Below, piece after piece: positions 8,103-16,183 of a DNA stretch of 30,491 nucleotides. This DNA is from Opitutales bacterium. Lineage in GTDB: Bacteria > Verrucomicrobiota > Verrucomicrobiia > Opitutales > Coraliomargaritaceae. Position 1 is the stretch's first letter. Each line of letters starts with the position of its first letter. Below the pieces are notes generated by a model. It saw only the letters and a program-made list of their open reading frames with translations, ran no database searches and was not told where the DNA came from. The position numbers were made by a program, and so were the translations under genes. The DNA is taken from assembly GCA_049606355.1 (NCBI GenBank), contig JBMYVL010000012.1:1-30491 (forward strand). Reading direction: 5' to 3'.

Positions 8103-9509
8103 ATGGAAAAACAGAATGAAACGTCAGCCGATCCATCGGCGAAGCTTGGGTGGGGCGAGAAGTTAGGGTACGCGGCAGGGGACATGGCCTCCTGCCTGTA
8201 CTTCGGTATCTTCATGAACTTCATGGCCATCTTCTACACCGATGTGTTTGGAATTACGCCTGCGGTCCTGGCGACCATGCTCTTGTTCACGCGGACCTGG
8301 GACTGGATCAATGACCCGATCATGGGTGCCATTGCCGACCGGACGCATACGAAAATGGGTAAGTTCCGCCCATGGATTCTGTGGATGATTCCTCCCTACA
8401 TGATTTTGGGCGTCCTCACGTTTACCACCTTTGATTTGGATGGCACGATGAAGATCGTCTACGCGTATGTCACCTATACCTTACTGATGATGGTGTATAC
8501 GGCGATCAATGTTCCCTATGGCGCCTTGATGGGCGTGATGACGGCGCGCTCGGACCAGCGTACGGTCTTGGCCTCCTTCCGCTTTGTCGGTGCGAATGCG
8601 GGCATCTTTACGGTTACCTTGCTGTTGCCGATCTTGGTCAAAACCATTGGCGGCGGCAACGAGCAGTTCGGCTATGGCGGTGCGATGGTTGTGATTGCTT
8701 GCATGGCGGGTGCGCTGTTCTTCGTCACCTTTAAGACCAGCACAGAGCGGATTCGTCCGATGCACAAGAAGCACGAGCCCATTCGACAAGAGATCAAGCA
8801 GTTGCTCAAAAACGGCCCCTGGTTGATTGTGATCTGCTTGAGTATTCTGACGGTTTTAGCGCAAGCCGTGCGAGGTACGCCGATTCTGCACTTCTTTAAA
8901 TATGTCGTCGGCAATGAGGACTGGGGCACGAAGCTGCTCCTGTATAATTCAATGGCTGCCGTGGTCGCTGTGCTACTGAGTAAATGGATCGTGTCGCTGT
9001 TTGGTTGTAAGAAACGTGCGTACATTATCTTGAATCTCCTCTTCGCGGCGATCCTGGTGTGGTTCTATTTCATCCCAATCGACAATTTCAACTTAATGAT
9101 TGTAAACCAACTGCTGATTGCCTTGGTCGCTGCACCGATGATGCCGCTGTTCTGGTCGATGATTGCCGATACCGCGGACTATGGGGCCGCAAAGTTTGGC
9201 CATCGCTCGACCGGGGTCATCTTCTCGGCGGGAACCGCTTCGCAAAAGATCGGTTGGACGGTGGGTCCGGCTTTGGCGATGATGATTTTGGGTACGGTTG
9301 GTTATGTGGCCAATCAAGAGCAGACCGCTGAAACGCAACAAGCCCTGCACTGGATGATGAGTATTATTCCTGCTGGCTTTGCGGTACTCACGGCGGCCGT
9401 CACGGCCTTCTATCCGATCAATCACAAAGTTGAAGCCGAGCTTGAGCTTGCGATGCGTGAGTTGAACCAAGCAAGCGGCGATAGCAGTGGCAGTACGACC
9501 GCAGAATAG
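8103..9509 (+). CDS. MFS transporter of the glycoside-pentoside-hexuronide (GPH):cation symporter family (MelB/XylP/YicJ-like)
   Basis: 468 aa and strongly hydrophobic, with about 12 predicted TM segments. The GPH signature DPIMGAIADRTHTKMGKFRPW lies in the loop after TM2. Confidence 0.9.
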   Translation: MEKQNETSADPSAKLGWGEKLGYAAGDMASCLYFGIFMNFMAIFYTDVFGITPAVLATMLLFTRTWDWINDPIMGAIADRTHTKMGKFRPWILWMIPPYMILGVLTFTTFDLDGTMKIVYAYVTYTLLMMVYTAINVPYGALMGVMTARSDQRTVLASFRFVGANAGIFTVTLLLPILVKTIGGGNEQFGYGGAMVVIACMAGALFFVTFKTSTERIRPMHKKHEPIRQEIKQLLKNGPWLIVICLSILTVLAQAVRGTPILHFFKYVVGNEDWGTKLLLYNSMAAVVAVLLSKWIVSLFGCKKRAYIILNLLFAAILVWFYFIPIDNFNLMIVNQLLIALVAAPMMPLFWSMIADTADYGAAKFGHRSTGVIFSAGTASQKIGWTVGPALAMMILGTVGYVANQEQTAETQQALHWMMSIIPAGFAVLTAAVTAFYPINHKVEAELELAMRELNQASGDSSGSTTAE

Positions 9510-9518
9510 CACCGCAGA

Positions 9519-10703
9519 ATGAGACGCGCAGTACGATTTGGCGGACTCGGTCTACTCTTGAGTGGCTTGGTAGCGATTGCGCCGGCGAATGAGTCGGTGG
9601 ATCGATACAACTACATCTTGGGCACACATACCATCGGGGCGCATTATCAGTTTACGGATAAGACGCGCCTCGTCGAAACGGCCGAGGTTATTCAGGGCAT
9701 GGGGTCGAATATCTTGAAGTTCCGCTTCGGCCCGAGTTTTTCCAAACGCAATTATGCCGGGCCAAATCCGGGCCAGTACGACCGTCTGGTTGATCTGGCA
9801 GCACACGAGCCGTCCTTTCGCGCTGTTTTTGAGATGCCGTTTTATTATTACTTCATGTGGGTCGCACCGATGCAGCCTGCGAAGTGGGGGGATGCAGACG
9901 GCTTCACGCGTAAGGATGCCCTCATCACGTATCGGGAGATTTATGATTTCGTGACCTATTTATTGAAGACCTACCGTGGCAGCGGGAAGCACTTCTATTT
10001 AGGGCATTGGGAGGGGGATTGGCTCTTGGTTCGCGACTACGATGCTCAAATGGACCCAATTCCACACCGCGTCGAAAATATGATTAAGTGGCTGATCGTC
10101 CGCCAAAAAGCAGTGGATGACGCCAAGCGGGACAACCCAGACACGGACGTGCAGGTGTTTCACTACTGCGAGGTCAACCAAGTCATGAAAGGCCTGAAGG
10201 GGCAGAAGTGTTTGACGACAGAAGTGTTACCGCATGTCAGTGTGGATTACGTTTCATACTCTGCCTACGATGCCCAGCAAAACGCGGCAACGAATCTGCC
10301 GGCTGCATTGGATTTCATCGAAAAACACCTACCGGCAAAGCCGGAACTGAGTGGCAAGCGGGTCTGGATCGGTGAATTTGGTTTCAAAGCAAAAAGCCAC
10401 AGCCCCGCGGCCCAGCAAGCTCGTAGTCTCGAGTTTGCCGAACTCGCCATTCAGTGGGGTTGCCCCTTTGTGCTTCACTGGCAGCTGTATGACAACGAGT
10501 TTAAGGACGGCGCGTATAATGGCTTCTGGCTGATCAATGATAAGGGAGAAGAACAACCGCTTTTTCATGCCTTGACTGATTATTTCAATGCGGGCCGCCG
10601 TGCGGTCGCGTCGTCCGTCCAACAAACCGGTCAGGTGCCGGATGCCGACAGTTACCGACAGCAGGCGCAGGAATGGCTGCAAGCTGCCAATGCCCCGCAA
10701 TGA
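9519..10703 (+). CDS. Secreted protein of the same unassigned GH-like family, second stand-alone form
   Basis: 394 aa with a signal peptide. Motifs: GSGKHFYLGHWEGDW (Glu codon 10011-10013; His replaces the Asn seen in the paralogues), YCEVN, DYVSYSAYD, GKRVWIGEFGF (Glu codon 10374-10376) and FVLHWQLY. Confidence 0.85.
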   Translation: MRRAVRFGGLGLLLSGLVAIAPANESVDRYNYILGTHTIGAHYQFTDKTRLVETAEVIQGMGSNILKFRFGPSFSKRNYAGPNPGQYDRLVDLAAHEPSFRAVFEMPFYYYFMWVAPMQPAKWGDADGFTRKDALITYREIYDFVTYLLKTYRGSGKHFYLGHWEGDWLLVRDYDAQMDPIPHRVENMIKWLIVRQKAVDDAKRDNPDTDVQVFHYCEVNQVMKGLKGQKCLTTEVLPHVSVDYVSYSAYDAQQNAATNLPAALDFIEKHLPAKPELSGKRVWIGEFGFKAKSHSPAAQQARSLEFAELAIQWGCPFVLHWQLYDNEFKDGAYNGFWLINDKGEEQPLFHALTDYFNAGRRAVASSVQQTGQVPDADSYRQQAQEWLQAANAPQ

Positions 10704-10732
10704 TCCCAGGACAAAAAACTCAGCGCTCTTTA

Positions 10733-13700
10733 ATGACTCTTCCCTCGAAGCTTCGTCCTGTCTGGCTGATTGCAATTCTACTGAGCTGCGCCGGCCCATC
10801 CATCTGCGCGCAGACGGCTACCTTCGGTAATGTTGACACTTCAAACGGTTGGTTGGATCAGGGTCTGGTGGATGGTGCGAATAGTCCGCAAACGGCGATT
10901 TACCGTGACAGTCTATCCAGCCCTTTAGGGGACATTGTATTTACACTGACGGTGAATAGTTCGTCCCGGATGAAGGTGGTAAACAACTTACTAGGAGTCC
11001 GCGCGGGCAGCAAAGGTTGGCGCATTGATAGTCGTTCCGCCAGCAATAGCGGGGATGATGAATGGATTCGTTTTGAACTGGCGGTCAGCGGTGCAGGTGC
11101 CGCGGATTTGAGTTCGCTGAGTCTGGGCGGCGTGTCCTTGCTCCTGGCGAGTGAGGGCGACTTGATTGAATTCAGCGACGGGCAGGGAAGTCAGGTGCAG
11201 GTCCAGAATCCGGGTTCTGCGGCGCAGCGCTACGGCAGTGGCCAAGCCTTGGATGGCTTGGCGCCCCTGTCGCTGGCCAATGTGGATGGCTTGGGTACGG
11301 GTAGTTGGAGTCTGCAAGCCACGGCCCGTGCGGCCTCAGGCATTCTGACGGATTTTCAAATCGGTAGTCTTTCGATTGATTACACCGTCGCACTGCCGGA
11401 GCCGTCCGAGTTGTTGACCGACGGCCTAGCCCTGCATCTGGATGCGGGCACGCTGAGCGGCCTGAGCGATGGGGCAGCGCTGAGCTCGGGTTGGTCGGAC
11501 TGGAGCGGCAGTGGCCTTACGGCGAGCTCTCCGGAGCCACCGCTTTATGTGAGCGATGGCGGCAGCGGGTATCCGGCAGTGCGCTTCGATGGTGTGGATG
11601 ACTACCTGCAAGTGGATTTGGCTACGGGTAATGAGCTCAGTGTGTTTGCAGTCTTTGCGCAGCGTCGGGCGACTGCGCTTGCGAACTACCGTGACACGCT
11701 GCTCAGCGGAGCGGGTGGGGGTAGCTACCTGTCTCTGGCCTCGAGCCGATCGGCTGCCACTCCGCCGGCCATGCCTTCCTTCAATGCCCTGACGGGGAGC
11801 GGTGTAAGCGTGCAGACCTGGATGAACGGCCATGACACAGCCGACGTCACCGGTGATTTTTTTCCCAACCGTTACAGTATTGCGTCAGCGGTTTACACCC
11901 ATGTGCCAGCGGAGACTGCTTTGTTCATCGGCGCTCAGGACAGCAACGGGTTTCATGCGGGGCAGAATGATATACGTGAGCTGCTGGTCTATGATCGTGA
12001 GTTGACCGATGCCGAGCGGCTGGAGGTGCAGGCTTACCTCGCAGAGAAGTACCAAATCGATGCCATCACGCGTGCGCCGGAGCATCCGGTTGAGTCCTAC
12101 ACCCACCCCCTTGGCTCGCAGCAGTTTGGCCAGCAGTATTCATTCGGTGCGTCCGATTGTTATGTTTTGGATTATGCCAGAGACACCCTGCGTCAGGGGA
12201 ATAGCGTCATCAAGTTCCGTCTTTCGAACCGTTACAACAGTGAGGATGGCTTCACTCAACTTTCAGGAATCAACAGCCTGACAAAACTCGTCCGCGACCA
12301 TCCGCAAGTGCAGGAGGTCCTCGATCTACCGCTCACGGATTATCTGTTTTGGGTGTCGACCTTTTCGGTGCCGAAGTGGCAGGACAAGGCCAAGGAGATC
12401 GGCTCGGTCGGTGAAAGCAGTTGGACCGCTTTCTATGGGGCCAATCGCAGCCTCTATGCCGCAGATACGTATGACGAGCCGGGCAAGTCACCAACGCCGC
12501 TTCAAGGCCTGGATCCTACCGCTGCGCAGCAAATCTATACGGAGATCTATGACCTAACGGTTTACCTGCTGCAGACCTATTCGGGCACGGGCAAGAGCTT
12601 CTACATCGGTAATTGGGAAGGCGACTGGATGCTCAGTGCAACGAATACCTATGTCGATCAGAACATGCCGCCCGAGCGTCTGCAGGCGATGATTGACTGG
12701 GCCAATACCCGTCAACAGGCGATTGATGCGGCCAAGGCGGCTACCCCGCATTCGGATGTGAATGTCTGGTTCTATTTAGAAGCGAATAAAATGGATTGGG
12801 CGCGCAATGAGCAGATCTGCGTGACCAACAGCGTAATTCCGGCGATGCCGAAGCTGGACTTCCTTTCCTTCTCGGCGTACAGCCTGCACAAAACCGGCAA
12901 TGGTCTGACCAAGGATGCCGCCTCGATGCATGCCGATCTGGATCTGTTGCAAGCACGCATCGATGCGAAGCCGGATCCGTCGATCTCAGGAAGCCGTCTA
13001 ATCATCGGCGAGTATGGTTACCTCTACGGCAATCCGGAGCCAGGTGCGAGTGACAACCGCTTCAGCGATTTCTACGATTATACGCAGGAGCATGTGTCTA
13101 CGCTGCGTAATTTTCTCAGTTGGCAAGGGGGTACCCTGCGCTTCCTATTGCAGTGGCAATTCTACAGTCGGCAGATGCAGACCAAGACAAATGCTGCAGG
13201 TCAGGTAGTCCAGTATCCGTATGAGATGTGCCACATCAGCGAACAGCAGGAGATCCGCCCGCTGTATTATCTGCACGCAAACTTTTACGCAGGCATGCGT
13301 CAATGGGTGGCGAACTATTATCAAACACAGGGGAGTCTGCCGACGGATCGTGCGTATGCAGATGCGGCCTACCATTTACTCGGAGGAATTAGCCTGAATC
13401 AGGATGTGCCGGACTTGTCCAATCCGCGGCCGGGTCGTATCGAGCTGCAGGGCAGTGCATCCGCGCTCATTCCCGAAGCCGCAGGTGCCAGCCTGGTACT
13501 TCCGTATACCGCGACCGTCTTCAGTCATTATGGGCGCATCATGCCGAATGAACAGGCCTTGACTTGGTCGCTGCAACCGCAGCAGCAGGGTGTCTCCGTG
13601 GATAGCGCCGGCGAGCTCACCGTATTCGGAAATGCCAGCCCGGATACATACACGTTATCGGCATCACTGAACGCCAATCCCAGCATCTCCACTGCTCAGA

Positions 13701-14545
13701 CGCTGGCCGCCGTATTCCCTGTCGCCAGTACCTACGATCACATGGCTGATTTCAGCCAATCGTTCGGAGTAAACCCGGAGCTAAGCATTGCCTCCTCCAA
13801 TGCGGCCACTCGTTTCGAAGGTGATTCGGGGCGCGTCACGCGTACGTCCTCGACTTCACCGCAAGCGATCGTGTGGGAGGTGTCTGATTTGCAAGGTTTT
13901 CATGCCAAGGTCTATACTTATGGCAGCCTAGGTGCCGCGCTGACTGCCGAAGTCTCCGCCGATGGGGTGGGCTGGCAATCGCTTAGCTTGCGAGTCGACC
14001 CGGCGACCCCTACGGCGGATGGCTGGCAGCGTACCTGGATCGCACCGGCCGCGCCGCTGCCTGAAGGGTCCAATTATCTGCGCCTCGTTTTACAGGATCC
14101 CAACAACGCCTGGTCGCCGCAGCTCGGGCAGCTCGTTCTCTTTGGTGCAGAAACCGGTTACAACTTCTGGAGGGCACAACAGTTCCCGGATTCCAATGAT
14201 GCGGCGAATCCCGACATCTCCGGGCCCGATGCGGATCCGCTGCAGTCCGGGATCTCGAATCTGTACCGCTACTTTGCCGGTTTGCCCTTGAGTGGCGCGG
14301 GGCAGGACCGTTTGCCGAGACTGGAAAACAGTGCGGGGGAGTGGTTTTACAGAATCCCGTTTGATCCGACCAAGTTGGATGTGCGTGCCGTGGTGAAAGG
14401 CTCTCTGGATCTGCAGAGCTGGGACTACACAGTCTTTGATTCTGCCATGGATACTGCTGAGCTACAAGATGGCTGGCTTTGGTTGACTGCCGACCAACTC
14501 CCGGCGAGTGATTCAAAGTTTTTCAAATTGGACCTCTCCCTCTAA
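10733..14545 (+). CDS. Secreted, possibly lipidated, multidomain protein: unknown N-terminal domain, LamG-like domain, unassigned GH-like TIM-barrel module, Ig-like (Big_2-like) domain, galactose-binding-like/CBM-like domain and C-terminal tail module
   Basis: The ORF is open from 10673. The ATG at 10733 gives the signal peptide MTLPSKLRPVWLIAILLSCAG, with a possible LLSC lipobox. An alternative ATG at 10700 overlaps the upstream stop as ATGA. LamG-like region: YPAVRFDGVDDYLQV...NDIRELLVYDRELTDAE. GH-like module: GTGKSFYIGNWEGDW (Glu codon 12617-12619), SRLIIGEYGY (Glu codon 13010-13012) and FLLQWQFY. Confidence 0.85.
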   Translation: MTLPSKLRPVWLIAILLSCAGPSICAQTATFGNVDTSNGWLDQGLVDGANSPQTAIYRDSLSSPLGDIVFTLTVNSSSRMKVVNNLLGVRAGSKGWRIDSRSASNSGDDEWIRFELAVSGAGAADLSSLSLGGVSLLLASEGDLIEFSDGQGSQVQVQNPGSAAQRYGSGQALDGLAPLSLANVDGLGTGSWSLQATARAASGILTDFQIGSLSIDYTVALPEPSELLTDGLALHLDAGTLSGLSDGAALSSGWSDWSGSGLTASSPEPPLYVSDGGSGYPAVRFDGVDDYLQVDLATGNELSVFAVFAQRRATALANYRDTLLSGAGGGSYLSLASSRSAATPPAMPSFNALTGSGVSVQTWMNGHDTADVTGDFFPNRYSIASAVYTHVPAETALFIGAQDSNGFHAGQNDIRELLVYDRELTDAERLEVQAYLAEKYQIDAITRAPEHPVESYTHPLGSQQFGQQYSFGASDCYVLDYARDTLRQGNSVIKFRLSNRYNSEDGFTQLSGINSLTKLVRDHPQVQEVLDLPLTDYLFWVSTFSVPKWQDKAKEIGSVGESSWTAFYGANRSLYAADTYDEPGKSPTPLQGLDPTAAQQIYTEIYDLTVYLLQTYSGTGKSFYIGNWEGDWMLSATNTYVDQNMPPERLQAMIDWANTRQQAIDAAKAATPHSDVNVWFYLEANKMDWARNEQICVTNSVIPAMPKLDFLSFSAYSLHKTGNGLTKDAASMHADLDLLQARIDAKPDPSISGSRLIIGEYGYLYGNPEPGASDNRFSDFYDYTQEHVSTLRNFLSWQGGTLRFLLQWQFYSRQMQTKTNAAGQVVQYPYEMCHISEQQEIRPLYYLHANFYAGMRQWVANYYQTQGSLPTDRAYADAAYHLLGGISLNQDVPDLSNPRPGRIELQGSASALIPEAAGASLVLPYTATVFSHYGRIMPNEQALTWSLQPQQQGVSVDSAGELTVFGNASPDTYTLSASLNANPSISTAQTLAAVFPVASTYDHMADFSQSFGVNPELSIASSNAATRFEGDSGRVTRTSSTSPQAIVWEVSDLQGFHAKVYTYGSLGAALTAEVSADGVGWQSLSLRVDPATPTADGWQRTWIAPAAPLPEGSNYLRLVLQDPNNAWSPQLGQLVLFGAETGYNFWRAQQFPDSNDAANPDISGPDADPLQSGISNLYRYFAGLPLSGAGQDRLPRLENSAGEWFYRIPFDPTKLDVRAVVKGSLDLQSWDYTVFDSAMDTAELQDGWLWLTADQLPASDSKFFKLDLSL

Positions 14546-14547
14546 CC

Positions 14548-16164
14548 GTGAGTTTCGCCATGAACGCTGCCGTGAAGAGTCTAGGATTATTGTTTGCACT
14601 CGCCTGTGCGGGTTCGGTGCTCGCGAGCCCAGCGCCGAATATTGTTTTCGTCTTCAGCGATGACCATGCGACGCAAGCCATCAGCGCCTATGGGCATGTG
14701 CTGGGTGAGTATGCGCCGACGCCGAATCTGGATCGCCTGGCGAACGAGGGCATGCGCTTTGACCGCTGCATGGTGACCAACTCGATCTGCGGCCCGAGCC
14801 GCGCGACGATTTTGACCGGCAAATACAGTCACTTGAACGGCTTCTATTTCAATGAGGCGACCCAGTTTGATGGCTCGCAGGTAACCTTCCCGAAGCTCCT
14901 ACAGGCAGGCGGCTACCAGACGGCGCTCATCGGCAAGTGGCACCTGGGCTCGGACCCGACCGGCTTTGACCACTGGAATATCCTGCCGGGTCAGGGGCTG
15001 TATTACCGCCCCGAATTCCACGGGCCCGAGGGCCTCGTGACGGAGGAGGGCTACGTGACCGATGTGGTGACCGACCAAGCGATCGACTGGCTGGAAGCAG
15101 GGCGGGATCCGGACAAGCCCTTCATGTTGATGGTGCAGCATAAAGCCCCGCACCGCGAGTGGTCGCCGCCCGTACAATACCTGGACCTGTTCAACGATGT
15201 GACCTTCCCCGAGCCGGCGACGCTTTTTGATGACTATCGGGGGCGCACCACGGCGGCACACGATCAGGATATGTCCCTCGCGCATACTTTTGAGAAGGAC
15301 CGCGATCTAAAGGTCGATGTGCGCCGCAAGGGTTCGACTTTCTACCAGCGGGTCTATGGACGGATTTCGCCCGAGCTGCAGGCACATTGGGACCGCGACT
15401 TGGACCGTCGCGAAGCGATTTACGCAGACCCCGATATGAAAGGCGCGGCTTTGGTGCGCTGGAAGTACCAGAGTTACCTGCGCGACTATCTGGCCTGCGT
15501 GCGTTCTTTGGACGATAATATCGGACGCCTGCAGGATTATCTGGAGGAGAGTGGCCTCGCAGAGAACACCGTTTTTATCTACTCCTCGGATCAGGGTTTT
15601 TACCTGGGCGAGCACGGCTGGTTTGATAAGCGCTTCATGTATGACGAGTCCTACCGCACGCCCTTGATAGTACGCTGGCCGGGGGTGGTGCAGCCCGGCT
15701 CGGTGAATGCGGATTTGGTTTCAAATCTGGACTTTGCGCAGACCTTTTTGGAGATCGCCGGAGTCCCCGCGACGGATGCCATGCAGGGGGCGAGTTTACT
15801 GCCGATCCTCAAGGGCAGCACACCTGACGACTGGCGCGACACGCACTATTACCACTACTACGAGTATCCGGGCTGGCATATGGTCCAGCGCCACGAAGGC
15901 GTCTACGACGGACGCTACAAACTCATCCATTTCTACGACCTCGACGAGTGGGAGCTCATCGACAGGGAAACGGACCCACACGAGCTGCGCAACCAGTTCC
16001 ACAATGCGGCGTATGACTCCGTGAAAGCACGTCTGCAGGCTGCGTTGGCCGAATTGAAGGCCAAGTATGCTGTTCCCGAGGGCATCCCGGCTCCACGGGT
16101 GGGCGTGGATCCGATGCGCTATTACTCCAGCCAGCGCAAACTCCTGGAATCGCTGAATCCTTAA
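14548..16164 (+). CDS. Cys-type sulfatase (family S1), resembling the GlcNAc-6-O-sulfatase-like group with a C-terminal extension
   Basis: The ORF track starts at a GTG at 14548. The ATG at 14560 gives a clean signal peptide (MNAAVKSLGLLFALACAGSVLA). Motifs: PNIVFVFSDDH, CGPSRATILTGKYSHLNG, GKWHLGSDPTGFDHWNILPGQGLYYRPEF, SSDQGF and DPHELRN. The subfamily call comes from memory of Bacteroides/Prevotella 6-O-sulfatases. Confidence 0.93.
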   Translation: MSFAMNAAVKSLGLLFALACAGSVLASPAPNIVFVFSDDHATQAISAYGHVLGEYAPTPNLDRLANEGMRFDRCMVTNSICGPSRATILTGKYSHLNGFYFNEATQFDGSQVTFPKLLQAGGYQTALIGKWHLGSDPTGFDHWNILPGQGLYYRPEFHGPEGLVTEEGYVTDVVTDQAIDWLEAGRDPDKPFMLMVQHKAPHREWSPPVQYLDLFNDVTFPEPATLFDDYRGRTTAAHDQDMSLAHTFEKDRDLKVDVRRKGSTFYQRVYGRISPELQAHWDRDLDRREAIYADPDMKGAALVRWKYQSYLRDYLACVRSLDDNIGRLQDYLEESGLAENTVFIYSSDQGFYLGEHGWFDKRFMYDESYRTPLIVRWPGVVQPGSVNADLVSNLDFAQTFLEIAGVPATDAMQGASLLPILKGSTPDDWRDTHYYHYYEYPGWHMVQRHEGVYDGRYKLIHFYDLDEWELIDRETDPHELRNQFHNAAYDSVKARLQAALAELKAKYAVPEGIPAPRVGVDPMRYYSSQRKLLESLNP

Positions 16165-16183
16165 GAGAAATAGAATTGTCGCT

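Noticed and set aside
14159-14545. PEP-CTERM or T9SS C-terminal sorting signal on the large secreted proteins
   Set aside because: The C-termini end in a beta-strand (FFKLDLSL, FYRLQLQQQ, FYRVETTP). They lack a PEP motif, a hydrophobic helix and a basic tail, and they do not resemble the T9SS CTD pattern. The module is reported instead as an unassigned tail module.
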